The notes below the pieces were generated by a model that saw only the letters and a list, made by a program, of their open reading frames with translations, was not told where the DNA came from and made no database searches. A DNA stretch of 64,000 nucleotides, taken from contig PFWT01000009.1 of assembly GCA_002791275.1 (NCBI GenBank), positions 211,357 through 275,356 of the forward strand, written 5' to 3'. Source of the stretch: Candidatus Uhrbacteria bacterium CG_4_9_14_3_um_filter_41_35. GTDB taxonomy: Bacteria > Patescibacteriota > Patescibacteriia > UBA9934. The first letter of the stretch is position 1. The number at the start of each line of letters is the position of its first letter. Position numbers and translations under genes: made by a program. Positions 1-9,752 of this stretch are shown piece after piece.

Positions 1-153
1 AACTTGAATTTTCGAAGGATCCAGTTATAAATTTCGAGAAACATTGTTACTCCTGCCGTAACGGCCGGCGAAGTATTCCACATCACCCAGCAAAAGTCAA
101 GAGTTTATTCATTTTTTCTTTAAAAAAATACCAGCATTTTGCTGGTATTTTTC

Positions 154-1119
154 TTATCTTAAGCTGTCTGAACTTGTTTCTTTAATTCTGCTTCTATCCA
201 GGTTATCCGCTAAATCCCTTATTCCGTCTAGCAATTCAACCGTAGGCTTGAAACCAAGTTCTGATTGGATTTTGTGAATATCCGCGTGTTGCCCCTTAAC
301 ATAGCCTTCTTTAACTGGATTTTCTATGTAAATCGGTTGAATATTTTTACCCAAAACCTGATTAATAGCTTTAAAAATATCATTAAATGAAGTCGACTCT
401 CCTCGCCCAATATTATAGACCTTGTTACCCAGATTCTCTTTTTCCAAGGCTAGTGTTATCCCAGCCACAATATCTTTTACATTTGTAAAATCTCTAAACT
501 GTTCACCTGTACCGTAAATCACCGGCGGTAAATCTCGAGCCAAATCCCACAAAAACTGCGTTATCATATTGGCATATCTTCCCTTTGCTTCCTCATTTGG
601 CCCATAAACGCTCATAAATCTAAAACCAATTGTGTCCATTTCAGGATATACGTGGTTATACATTCGAGTGCAGTGTTCGTAAGTAAACTTGGTTACTGCA
701 TAATGATTTGGCGGAACTACCTGTTGATCCTCCACAAGTGGCAAAGGATTGTTTCCGTAAATTGATGAGGTTGAGGCGTACAAAAATTTCTTAGCCCCAG
801 TTTTCCGCGCAAACTCCAAAGTTCGAACAAAACTTTCAATTGAGTTCACATAGCCATCTGCAAACCCATCACCCATAAACATTGGTGCTGAACTAGTTCC
901 GGCAAAGTGCAAAACAATATCAAAATCGTCGCCACACTTTGCTAAATCTTCATTTTTGCATGCGTCCCCTTTTATAAACTTAATATCTGGGTGCAAATTT
1001 GAAGGTGTTCCTAAAAACAAGTTATCGAGTACCACAATATCGTACTTTTCTTTGTTAATATTGCAGAAATTTGAGCCAATAAATCCCGCTCCGCCCGTTA
1101 CCAAGACTTTCTTTTTCAT
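154..1119 (-). CDS. NAD-dependent epimerase/dehydratase (extended SDR; UDP-sugar 4-epimerase/decarboxylase-like)
   Basis: N-terminal GGAGFIGS Rossmann motif and a YxxxK catalytic motif (YAVTKFTYEHC). A 321-aa length is typical of this family. The exact sugar substrate cannot be assigned. Confidence 0.75.
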   Translation of the reverse strand: MKKKVLVTGGAGFIGSNFCNINKEKYDIVVLDNLFLGTPSNLHPDIKFIKGDACKNEDLAKCGDDFDIVLHFAGTSSAPMFMGDGFADGYVNSIESFVRTLEFARKTGAKKFLYASTSSIYGNNPLPLVEDQQVVPPNHYAVTKFTYEHCTRMYNHVYPEMDTIGFRFMSVYGPNEEAKGRYANMITQFLWDLARDLPPVIYGTGEQFRDFTNVKDIVAGITLALEKENLGNKVYNIGRGESTSFNDIFKAINQVLGKNIQPIYIENPVKEGYVKGQHADIHKIQSELGFKPTVELLDGIRDLADNLDRSRIKETSSDSLR

Positions 1120-1131
1120 ATTTGTAATTAT

Positions 1132-2574
1132 TTACCAACTTTCCGAAACTGGTTTTCCCTCTTTATATCCCGCTGTAGATTGAACGCCGATAATAGCTTT
1201 CTCTGAAAGTTCGGTTATTGAGCGAGCACCAGCGTAGGTGCAAGAACTCCGAATTCCCGCGGTAATTGTGTCGATGATATCCTCTACACTTTCACTACCT
1301 GGTTTTAAATATAATTTTGAATTACTAATTCCCTCCTCAAAATATTGCTTCATTGCAGAGTCGTAGGAGCTGAACTTAATGTTTCGATCTATCACCGCGC
1401 GGTTCGAAGCCATGCCAAAGTTTTCTTTGTACAGTCGACCTTGCTCATCTTTCATGGCGTCCGCCGGACTTTCGTAAGTTCCAGCAAACCAGCTACCCAC
1501 CATCACTGCACTGGCACCCGCTGAAATTGCGAGCGCTACATCCCGTGGATGCTTCACACCACCGTCCGCCCACACCTGCGCCCCGTATTGCTTAGCTACC
1601 TCCGCGGTCTTAAGCACTGCACTAAACTGTGGCCGACCAACGCCGGTCATCATTCGCGTAATACACATTGCCCCTGGACCAACTCCAACCTTCAAAACAT
1701 TAGCTCCTGCCTTACATAAATCGTGTGCTGCTTCCTCGGAGACAATATTTCCAGCTACCAAAGTTCGATGCGGTCCGATAATCTCACGTACTTTTTTTAC
1801 AGCTCTGATCATCTTTTCCTGATGGCCGTGAGCAGTATCGAGCACAATGGTATCGACTCCTAATTCAAGTAATTTTTGTGTTGTTACCTCAAGATCACGA
1901 TTAACACCAACAGCCACAGCTGTCAAAAGTTCACCATTCTGATTGACCGCTGGTTTGTAAATCTTGGCCCGTAGCGCACCTTTCTTGGTCATGACACCGG
2001 CTAAAGTCCCGTCTTGATTTACCACCGGAACAATTGAGAGACGCTTCTCTTCTAAGACCGTAAATATATCTTCAGGTGTAGCGTAGCTTGGCACTGTTAC
2101 CAAATCAGTTGTCATCACTGCTTCAATTTTTGTAAATTTGTCTTTATGTCGAACATCGGCCTCAGTAAAAATTCCAACTGGTTTATTCAGCTCGTCTACC
2201 ACAACGATCGCCTTATGTGCTCTTTTATGAATTAGGTTCAAAGCCGACTGAACAGACTCGTGCTCTCTAACTACCACCGGTGTTTCAAATAAATGATGAC
2301 ATTTCTTTACATATTTTACTATTTCCTCAATTCGGTCGAGGCTCATATCCTGTGGTAAAACCACAATTCCACCACGACGAGTAACCGTTTCCGCCATACG
2401 TCGTCCAGAAACTGCTGTCATATTGGCAACGACGATCGGAATCGTCATCCCGCCACCATTTTGCGGGGAAAGATCAACCTCCATTCGTGAAGCAATGCTT
2501 GATAACTGAGGCATTAAAAAAACATCCTCATACGTTAACTCCTTTAATTCGTCTTCTTTATGTAGGAACTTCAT
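1132..2574 (-). CDS. guaB: Inosine-5'-monophosphate dehydrogenase
   Basis: 480 aa with a tandem CBS insert, an IMPDH catalytic loop (GVGPGAMCITRMMTGVGRPQ) and a C-terminal GGV..G motif. Confidence 0.9.
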   Translation of the reverse strand: MKFLHKEDELKELTYEDVFLMPQLSSIASRMEVDLSPQNGGGMTIPIVVANMTAVSGRRMAETVTRRGGIVVLPQDMSLDRIEEIVKYVKKCHHLFETPVVVREHESVQSALNLIHKRAHKAIVVVDELNKPVGIFTEADVRHKDKFTKIEAVMTTDLVTVPSYATPEDIFTVLEEKRLSIVPVVNQDGTLAGVMTKKGALRAKIYKPAVNQNGELLTAVAVGVNRDLEVTTQKLLELGVDTIVLDTAHGHQEKMIRAVKKVREIIGPHRTLVAGNIVSEEAAHDLCKAGANVLKVGVGPGAMCITRMMTGVGRPQFSAVLKTAEVAKQYGAQVWADGGVKHPRDVALAISAGASAVMVGSWFAGTYESPADAMKDEQGRLYKENFGMASNRAVIDRNIKFSSYDSAMKQYFEEGISNSKLYLKPGSESVEDIIDTITAGIRSSCTYAGARSITELSEKAIIGVQSTAGYKEGKPVSESW

Positions 2575-2679
2575 ACAAAGTTATCTTATCATAAGTTCAA
2601 AAAATTCGGGAATAGTCCTAGCAACAGAAGCTATAAACAAAAAATGAGCCAATGGCTCATTTTTTGCACTAAATAAAGC

Positions 2680-3084
2680 TTATTTAATTGTTACTGAAGC
2701 TCCAGCTTCTTCCAAAGCCTTTTTGATTGTTTCAGCTTCTTCCTTTGAAACACCAGCCTTTACAACTGTAGGTGCTCCGTCAACCATATCTTTTGCTTCC
2801 TTTAGACCTTCACCAGTCACAGCTCGAACAGCCTTGATCACGTTAATCTTGCTGTCTCCTACTGCTGCTAGTTCAACATCGAAAGATGTCTTCTCTTCAA
2901 CCTCTGCCGCAGCTGCTGCTGGTCCAGCCATCATCATAGCTGGTGCCGCTGCTGAAACTCCGAACTTATCTTCTAGAACCTTTACAAGCTCTGAAAGTTC
3001 GATTACTGACATTTCTGAAACTGTCTTAACTAAATCTGCAAACTTTGCAGGTACTTCTACCTCTGATTTTGTTTCTTCTGACAT
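2680..3084 (-). CDS. rplL: 50S ribosomal protein L7/L12
   Basis: Ala-rich hinge ([16 protein letters not shown]) and a conserved C-terminal domain ([24 protein letters not shown]). Located immediately downstream of rplJ. Confidence 0.9.
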   Translation of the reverse strand: MSEETKSEVEVPAKFADLVKTVSEMSVIELSELVKVLEDKFGVSAAAPAMMMAGPAAAAAEVEEKTSFDVELAAVGDSKINVIKAVRAVTGEGLKEAKDMVDGAPTVVKAGVSKEEAETIKKALEEAGASVTIK

Positions 3085-3113
3085 ATTTTAATATTAGTTA
3101 TTATTTACTTTAC

Positions 3114-3641
3114 TTATGCGGTTTTTTGATCCTTGATTGCGCCAAGCACAGTTACAAGGCCACGGATATTTCCAGCAAGTACACGTACGAAGCCGGAAAC
3201 AGGAGCGTTAAGTGTTCCAACAAGCTGTCCAAGAAGCTGTTCTTTGCTTGGAAGTAGTGCTAGCTGGTTTACTTCTGCTGCTGATAGTCCTTTTCCTTCA
3301 AGAACTCCAGCTACAAGCTCTACAGAGTCGTTCGTTTTAGAGAACTCCATTAAAAGCTTAGCAGATGACACTTCATCACCATAAGAAACTGCTGTTAGAA
3401 TTGAACCCGCAAAATCATTTGGGTCAATTCCTTCAAAACCAGCTTCCTTTGATGCAAGAGCAAGGAGAGTCTTCTTGGTAATAAATACCTCAGAATTCAT
3501 CTCTCGAGCTTTGTCTCGAAGTGCGTTTGCCTGATCCATGGTAAAGCCGGATACGTTAGAAAATGATGCAGCCTTTGCGTTGCGGAACTTTTCCACGACT
3601 ACGGCGACAATATCCTCTTTCTCTTTCCTAGTCTTTGCCAT
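3114..3641 (-). CDS. rplJ: 50S ribosomal protein L10
   Basis: 175 aa with an L10-family N-terminus. Forms the canonical rplJ-rplL gene pair. Confidence 0.85.
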   Translation of the reverse strand: MAKTRKEKEDIVAVVVEKFRNAKAASFSNVSGFTMDQANALRDKAREMNSEVFITKKTLLALASKEAGFEGIDPNDFAGSILTAVSYGDEVSSAKLLMEFSKTNDSVELVAGVLEGKGLSAAEVNQLALLPSKEQLLGQLVGTLNAPVSGFVRVLAGNIRGLVTVLGAIKDQKTA

Positions 3642-3746
3642 ATTTGTTAGTTAGGTTTAAGGTTTTAGATCAATTTGTGAACAACGGCTTGAATCAGCGA
3701 TTATTCTTAATTATATCCATCACCTAAAATAAATTACGGCCTTAAG

Positions 3747-3821
3747 CCGTAGAAAACAGGGCAAAACAAGTGTTTTGACTATTACCTCGACAGGATTTAC
3801 TTTTATACCTGTTTTCTACGG
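3747..3821 (-). promoter_or_regulatory. Structured 5' leader of the rplJL operon (possible L10-leader-type autoregulatory element)
   Basis: A 14-bp perfect inverted repeat (ccgtagaaaacagg ... cctgttttctacgg) encloses an inner hairpin (caaaac-aagt-gttttg). It lies about 100-180 nt upstream of the rplJ start on the coding strand. Confidence 0.3.
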
Positions 3822-3928
3822 TTTAAGATGTGGCTAAATAATACAACAACCCCCTTTATTTGTCAAGAAAATAGTTGTATAATATCGATTTGCATAAAGA
3901 AAAATAGACCTATAAGGTCTATTTTCAA

Positions 3929-4453
3929 TTATTCACCAACTTCTCCGCTACTTGCGGTGTCGATTGTTAATTGATCACTTGTTCCTTCTGGTTTTACAAA
4001 ATTCAATTCTACTGGAATATCTGACGGGTTTATACTGAAAAACGACACCTGCCAACCGAATTTTTGATCTTGTTTCATATACATGATAACCGGAGCTGTA
4101 GCGTCACCACTGTCTTTAATGGTTCCAACCAGCACTGTTTGTTCAGATTCAGGCATTACCTTATCTATCGCCAAGTAGGTATTTTCAGACAACACTGTGT
4201 GCGCCGAAGAAAAAGCCTGTAGGTCACCAACTGGCACGATCTTCTTAAATTCATCAGTTGTAAGTATATAGGCTTCGTCGGTCCGCCCTTCCGTAAGTAA
4301 CTGCACAAAATTCTCACCCACCTCCTTCGCTTCAGGATTCTTATGAGTCCCTTTTAAAATAAGGAACAAAATGGCGATCACAACTAAAATAGCAACAGCA
4401 GCTATCAAACCTAAAATTTTCCTATTTGTTTTATTTTCATTTAATTCTTTCAT
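3929..4453 (-). CDS. Hypothetical membrane-anchored protein
   Basis: N-terminal transmembrane helix (ILGLIAAVAILVVIAILFLIL) with the remainder predicted outside the membrane. No recognisable family. Confidence 0.4.
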   Translation of the reverse strand: MKELNENKTNRKILGLIAAVAILVVIAILFLILKGTHKNPEAKEVGENFVQLLTEGRTDEAYILTTDEFKKIVPVGDLQAFSSAHTVLSENTYLAIDKVMPESEQTVLVGTIKDSGDATAPVIMYMKQDQKFGWQVSFFSINPSDIPVELNFVKPEGTSDQLTIDTASSGEVGE

Positions 4454-4529
4454 AATGATTTTAATTTATCTTGCAATTTTAAATCCTGAGAGATCCAATA
4501 TAATTCATTTAAAAGTTATCCGCAATCTT

Positions 4530-5234
4530 TTATTTTAGCAATGTCCCCACCCAATTTTCTCCGCTCATTACTTTTTTTAAATTTTCAAGATCAGCACTTG
4601 CAACCGCCACTTCCATTTTATTTTTTTGACAGAATTTTGACGCGATTGGGTCAAACGGTGCGGATTTACCAGGGTGCCAGTTATCGCCAACCATAAGCCT
4701 ATATACCTTCCAGCTTAGTTCGTTAAGAGGTTTAGCCTCAGGATTTTTTCGTGGATCTTCCTCAAACACGTGACTAATATTTGAAACATTCACTACATTT
4801 TTAACGCCTAGCTTGTGCGCCATTCTACTTGCCACGTAATCAGTGCTCCAACCCGGTTTCCAGCCAGAAGCTACAAGCACTTTCCCTTTCCAACGCTTTG
4901 GTGTTTTCGTTGGATCCTTAATGACCACCGGGTGCGCAATATCTCTAAATAATGTCCTAACTAAGTGTGCATTAAGTCGAGTAGCGTGAATCCCGATCCA
5001 ATCTAAATCTTCAGGATCGATCTTGTGAATTTGCGCAGCCGCATCTATATAATGACGCGCGGTTTTTCCACCTCCGCAAATAATAGCCACCAGCTGACCT
5101 TTTTCAACAAAAGATCTGACTAATTTATCCATTCTGTTTAAAAATTCTGTATCTGGTCCACACTCCGGCACAATCATCGAGCCACCAAGTGAAATCACGA
5201 TCGGCTTTTTCTTATCAATTTTGAGTTTCGGCAT
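4530..5234 (-). CDS. pyrH: Uridylate (UMP) kinase, amino-acid kinase family
   Basis: Resembles PyrH across its length. It has an N-terminal ISLGGS and a GGG loop. The C-terminal half (VASGWKPGWSTDYVASRMA...GDNWHPGKSAPFDP...GENWVGTLL) parallels E. coli PyrH (ILSAGTGNPFFTTDSAA...GEKEGTLI). Confidence 0.65.
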   Translation of the reverse strand: MPKLKIDKKKPIVISLGGSMIVPECGPDTEFLNRMDKLVRSFVEKGQLVAIICGGGKTARHYIDAAAQIHKIDPEDLDWIGIHATRLNAHLVRTLFRDIAHPVVIKDPTKTPKRWKGKVLVASGWKPGWSTDYVASRMAHKLGVKNVVNVSNISHVFEEDPRKNPEAKPLNELSWKVYRLMVGDNWHPGKSAPFDPIASKFCQKNKMEVAVASADLENLKKVMSGENWVGTLLK

Positions 5235-5263
5235 AGCATAAAAAATGAAGCAAAAGCTTCATT

Positions 5264-5614
5264 TTATTTTTTCTTAATTAACCAAGTTGTTAGCATTGAA
5301 ACCACCCACAGGAGCAAAGCTCCAGCTAAAGCCTCCCAAAATCCAGCGATGGTAAATCCTTGAATAAAAGTGCTCACGAACCAAAGAAGTAAGGCGTTCA
5401 CCACAAAGGTAAAAGTTCCCAAGGTCATGACGCTAAGTGGTAATGTGAAAAATAGAATCACCGGTCTAATCGTCGCGTTTACAAGGCCAAGGATTAGTGC
5501 AGTAACTAACGCGATGTAAAAACTGCTCACCTCAAAACCTGCTAACACCTGCGTAATTGCAAGTAAAGCTACGGCATTTATAACCCATCTAAAAAGTAAT
5601 TTCATATTATTCAA
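5264..5614 (-). CDS. Small 4-TM membrane protein (holin superfamily IV / PF04020-like)
   Basis: 116 aa with four hydrophobic helices and a KKK C-terminus. The profile resembles the putative-holin PF04020 family. Its function here is unknown. Confidence 0.45.
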   Translation of the reverse strand: MNNMKLLFRWVINAVALLAITQVLAGFEVSSFYIALVTALILGLVNATIRPVILFFTLPLSVMTLGTFTFVVNALLLWFVSTFIQGFTIAGFWEALAGALLLWVVSMLTTWLIKKK

Positions 5615-5825
5615 ATTTCTTTTTTAGTTTAAAAACTTTATTTTCTACTTCCGCCAACTTCTTTTTGCAAATTTCAGCCAACTCCAGACCCTGTTCGTAT
5701 TTTTTCAATCCTTCATCCAAATTAACTTCTTCAGTTTCAAACCACTCCGTAAGTTTTTCAAGTTCCGCAAAAGCTTGCTGAAATGATAATTCTTTTTTAG
5801 TTGCCATATATACTCTAGTCTTCAA
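5607..5825 (-). CDS. xseB: Exodeoxyribonuclease VII small subunit
   Basis: 72-aa coiled-coil protein (LSFQQAFAELEKLTEWFE..LDEGLKKYEQGLELAEICKKKL). It overlaps the upstream xseA stop. Confidence 0.8.
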   Translation of the reverse strand: MKTRVYMATKKELSFQQAFAELEKLTEWFETEEVNLDEGLKKYEQGLELAEICKKKLAEVENKVFKLKKKFE

Positions 5826-6965
5826 TTATTTACCTAAATCCTTAGCTATAACCAGAGAATTAACCCTGCCTTTAGCTAATTGTACTTCAATTACATCCTT
5901 AAGACCAACTTTATTTGCGTCCTTCACAATTTTACCGTCTTTTCTCACAATACTAAATCCTCGATCCAGCGACTTCTGAACATCGAAAGCCTTGAATAAT
6001 CTTACCATACCGTCCACTTTTGACCTCATATTTACTAACTTTGAAGTAATGATCTGATCGATCTTTGAAATACCATGATCAACCGTTCGAGTTTTCCGCT
6101 CAAGCGAAAGTTTAAGGACATCTTCCATTCTGTTTGCAGTGGTTCCGATCTCTCTCAAAATATCCGCTCTATTTGGTACGATCCGTTCAGCTGCGTTGCT
6201 TGGAGTTGAAGCCCGAACATCAGCAACGAAGTCGCAAAGTGATTCGTCCCGTTCGTGTCCAACACCCACCACCACCGGAATCGTTGATTGAAAGACCGCC
6301 CTAGCCGTTTGTTCATCATTAAACGCGTGCAAATCCTCCAAACTTCCACCACCACGAGTTAGTACAATAACTTCTGGTTTTTCTGTGCTCGGCAGTGCAT
6401 TAAACTGATCAAATGCTTCAATAATCTCCCGCACAGCGTGCTGACCCTGAACCGTAACCGGGATATGCACAACCTCTACCCCGCTCCAACGATTGTTCAA
6501 AATCCGTAAAAAATCACCATAAGCTGCTGCCTCACCTGAGGTAATAAGCCCAATTCTTGCCGGGAATTTTGGGATGCTGCGTTTACGTTCAGTGGAAAAC
6601 AAGCCCTCAGCTTGCAATTTCTTTTTGAGGGCTTCGTAAGCTTTTTGCAATGTTCCTACCCCAACCAACTCAACTTCAATAACATTTAAACTAAATTTAC
6701 CAAAACGTTCATACACTTTTGGATAACCCTTAACCGAAATCTTCATTCCACTTTCAAGTGGCAATTGAATTTTAAAAGTTGTTGCGAAACAAGAAATTTT
6801 AACCTCTTCTTCTTGATCTTTTAGGTCAAAATTTATCCATTTACCTTGGCTGACCTTATAGTCAACAATTTCTCCAATAATATTAATAGCCTCGCTTGGG
6901 ATAAGTGCCAACGTATCATTCACTAGCCGTAGATAGTCTGCAACTGTAATAATTTTATTTTCCAT
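5826..6965 (-). CDS. xseA: Exodeoxyribonuclease VII large subunit
   Basis: 379 aa with an N-terminal OB-fold region and a central catalytic region typical of XseA. Located immediately upstream of xseB. Confidence 0.85.
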   Translation of the reverse strand: MENKIITVADYLRLVNDTLALIPSEAINIIGEIVDYKVSQGKWINFDLKDQEEEVKISCFATTFKIQLPLESGMKISVKGYPKVYERFGKFSLNVIEVELVGVGTLQKAYEALKKKLQAEGLFSTERKRSIPKFPARIGLITSGEAAAYGDFLRILNNRWSGVEVVHIPVTVQGQHAVREIIEAFDQFNALPSTEKPEVIVLTRGGGSLEDLHAFNDEQTARAVFQSTIPVVVGVGHERDESLCDFVADVRASTPSNAAERIVPNRADILREIGTTANRMEDVLKLSLERKTRTVDHGISKIDQIITSKLVNMRSKVDGMVRLFKAFDVQKSLDRGFSIVRKDGKIVKDANKVGLKDVIEVQLAKGRVNSLVIAKDLGK

Positions 6966-7146
6966 AACCAGTTATTTTTGCATTAAACACCACAATTCTT
7001 GTTACCTGTATTCTATCACAAAGTTTTTAAATTAAAACCAAACAAACATTAGAAAATTGGTGATAGAGTTATCCAGAGCTCGCATTTAACCAAAACATGT
7101 TCTCGTCATTTATGTTATAATGATTACATAAATAATCAATGTTAAT

Positions 7147-8448
7147 ATGAATCATACTTTTCAATCAAAAAGTTTTGGTCTTATGCTTGGGATGTTTTTA
7201 GCCTTTAGCGCTTCACTCGTTCTTACACCATACGCCAATGCGCAAACTGCGCCCGTTCCCTCACTAACTAGCTCGGCTACTGTAAGCAATGTCCCAACAG
7301 ATGCAAGTCAAGGTGATCTAGTAAAATGTAACACTTCGCCGGCTGTTTACTACTACGGCGAAGACGGCAAACGTTACGTTTTTCAAAATTCAAATTCCTA
7401 CTTTTCTTGGTACGATGATTTTAGTCAGGTAAGAACTATCGCTTGTTCTGATCTTGCTACCTTGCCAATCGGCGGTATCGTGCCCTACCAGGCTGGAACA
7501 AGACTAATTAAAACTCAGCTTGATCCGCACGTTTATGCGGTTCTGCCAAACGGTCGACTTCGACCAGTCAAAAGCGAAGAGCAAGCACAAAAACTTTACG
7601 GCTCAGATTGGGCAACTCGAGTCGATGATATTAACGAAGCCTTCTTCCCGCAATATACAGTTGAAGCTGAACTAGAAGATTCGGAGCTACCAGAAGGTTA
7701 CGTGTTTGGTGACGAAAATAACAACACTTTTCAGGTTGACACTCAGGGGGATGCTGTTCAAATCGACTCCGAAATTCAACACGAAGATCAGCACCGTTGG
7801 GCTGAGTACAAAACAAGTGTAAGTGCGCTTGATAGCACACTTCGCGATTCGCTAAATATTCATAGAGAAGATGACGACGACTTCGAAACTCACGCACCAG
7901 AAGTAAACAGACTTCGAACAAAAATAGAAATTCACCAAAACGAACACGCTACTGAAAGAACTTTCAAAGTTGGGGAACACTCACTTGATTACATTTCAAA
8001 AGCTGAAGAAAACCTAAATCGTGCAAAAGTAGGTCTAGGAGTTACAAACGCTTCTCAGACAAGCTACGCACAGGCAGAAAATCTTGTGACTGAGGCTGAA
8101 AATGCCTTACGCTCAGCTCGTGACGAGTTTTATAATGGTAACTTCGGACTAGCTAAGGACTTGGCTCAGCAATCACGTCGTGCTTCACGCAATGCACTTC
8201 AGGCCATGCGTATAAGCGAAGGAACAGATGAATACGATGACCTAAACGAAAATGACACTGCAGACGACTCGGGTACAAATAGTTCCGATTCAAACTCTAT
8301 TAATGAAGATAACGACTCATCATGGTCAAATGAAGTAAATGACTCAAACTCTGAAAGCGATAATTCAAATCTGAACGAAGTTCAGGATGATAATAACGAG
8401 AATAGTTTTGAGGATAATACTGAACATAACGAAGGCGATTTAAACTAA
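7147..8448 (+). CDS. Secreted hypothetical protein with acidic low-complexity C-terminal tail
   Basis: Signal peptide (MLGMFLAFSASLVLTPYANA). The C-terminal 80 aa are D/E/N/S-rich. No family recognised. Confidence 0.5.
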   Translation: MNHTFQSKSFGLMLGMFLAFSASLVLTPYANAQTAPVPSLTSSATVSNVPTDASQGDLVKCNTSPAVYYYGEDGKRYVFQNSNSYFSWYDDFSQVRTIACSDLATLPIGGIVPYQAGTRLIKTQLDPHVYAVLPNGRLRPVKSEEQAQKLYGSDWATRVDDINEAFFPQYTVEAELEDSELPEGYVFGDENNNTFQVDTQGDAVQIDSEIQHEDQHRWAEYKTSVSALDSTLRDSLNIHREDDDDFETHAPEVNRLRTKIEIHQNEHATERTFKVGEHSLDYISKAEENLNRAKVGLGVTNASQTSYAQAENLVTEAENALRSARDEFYNGNFGLAKDLAQQSRRASRNALQAMRISEGTDEYDDLNENDTADDSGTNSSDSNSINEDNDSSWSNEVNDSNSESDNSNLNEVQDDNNENSFEDNTEHNEGDLN

Positions 8449-8498
8449 GTATAAAAAATACCAGGTTTTCCTGGTATTTTTTATTTTGAAAAATTGAT

Positions 8499-9395
8499 TT
8501 AATTCAAGAAGTTGGAAGTGAAAATTACTCGCTTCTGCCCATTCACTGGGTCGCCACCGTTCCAATCGTGAATTGCGTTCATAATGGTTGAAATGTTATA
8601 AATGTAACTTTCTCCGTTTCGGGTTCCTGGGTCGTTTGTGATGAACTTATCCTTAGTGTAACCCTTTATCACAAACATATGATACAGCGGTCCCTGGCCA
8701 ACAAAATTTGGGTTACCTAGTAGTTGGCCTGCCGAAGGTACGATTACCGGATGACCAGAGGCAATTTCTGTCTTAATCTGTTCAATGCTCGGGTTCTCAA
8801 CCACCACCGCTCCGTAACCATAAAAACTATCAATCAACCGCGAAGTTTCACCAGCTGTAGTGTCGAGATAGTCACCCAGAAAATCTTTTTCAAAAGCCAC
8901 AATCTCCAAGATATTTGTATCCGCCGTATCTGCGTTTATCACGCCAGACAGTGTTCCTTTATAATATTCAGAAACCATATAAATAGACGCTTCTTCACAA
9001 GTTTCTTGATAAGGTAACGCCCAGTTTGAATGTGGTGCTTGCGAAGTAAACGGAACTGCGAGTTTATACTCTTCTGGAATCTGTACAGTCTCCTCAACCA
9101 TAATCGGTGCGTCGTCAACCACTGTTTCTCCTATGGCCCCAGGAGTTTCTTCAGTTACAATTTTTATTTCTGGAAATGTTTGAGTCTCGCCGTTTACCAA
9201 AACCGGTTCTGAAATTACGGTTTCATTCGCCAGTTGCCACTCTGGTGTTTCCTGATAGCCAACCTCCGCAATATTAATAACCTCTTTTTTTGGAGATCTG
9301 TGAACTAAATTATTAAATTGCGCTTGGTTAAAATAAAAGTAGGTACCAAACCCTAAAACTGCAACCAAGGTTAGTTTTAAAGCGAATTTGAGCAT
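8499..9395 (-). CDS. Secreted C39-like (papain-fold) peptidase-domain protein
   Basis: N-terminal TM/signal segment. Candidate catalytic Cys sits in QAPHSNWALPYQETCEEASIYMVSEYYKG and candidate His in GPLYHMFVIKGYTKD, matching the Peptidase_C39_2 pattern (Q..C...S..M...Y ... H.VVV.GY). Confidence 0.45.
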   Translation of the reverse strand: MLKFALKLTLVAVLGFGTYFYFNQAQFNNLVHRSPKKEVINIAEVGYQETPEWQLANETVISEPVLVNGETQTFPEIKIVTEETPGAIGETVVDDAPIMVEETVQIPEEYKLAVPFTSQAPHSNWALPYQETCEEASIYMVSEYYKGTLSGVINADTADTNILEIVAFEKDFLGDYLDTTAGETSRLIDSFYGYGAVVVENPSIEQIKTEIASGHPVIVPSAGQLLGNPNFVGQGPLYHMFVIKGYTKDKFITNDPGTRNGESYIYNISTIMNAIHDWNGGDPVNGQKRVIFTSNFLN

Positions 9396-9727
9396 ACACC
9401 AATATTATTTACATAATCTTTACAGAAAGTACCATACGGACAGCTGATATCGCCAGTACATTCGCAAACCGGAATACAAACCTCGATACAAGGAACATCA
9501 GGCGTTTTACGGCAGGAAGACGCACAATTATTCCACTTACCACCAGACACAGTGCAGGTCTCTTCGGAGAGAATAACTGGAATCACCACCTTAGCCTCCT
9601 GTTTTCTAACCTCGCCAAACCTTTGCACAACACCTAAAACTAGCGAGGCTACTACTACAAACACTATCAAATAACCGTGCCACGGTTTGTAGCTTCCACG
9701 CTCAGTTTTACTTTGAAAAATTTGCAT
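9377..9727 (-). CDS. Small membrane-anchored Cys-rich secreted peptide precursor
   Basis: 116 aa with an N-terminal TM helix. A VSGG motif is followed by a 50-aa core containing 13 Cys. It overlaps the start of the C39-like peptidase gene by 19 nt, consistent with an operon. Confidence 0.4.
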   Translation of the reverse strand: MQIFQSKTERGSYKPWHGYLIVFVVVASLVLGVVQRFGEVRKQEAKVVIPVILSEETCTVSGGKWNNCASSCRKTPDVPCIEVCIPVCECTGDISCPYGTFCKDYVNNIGVCSNSL

Positions 9728-9752
9728 ATAAAACTCGATCCTATTTTTTCAA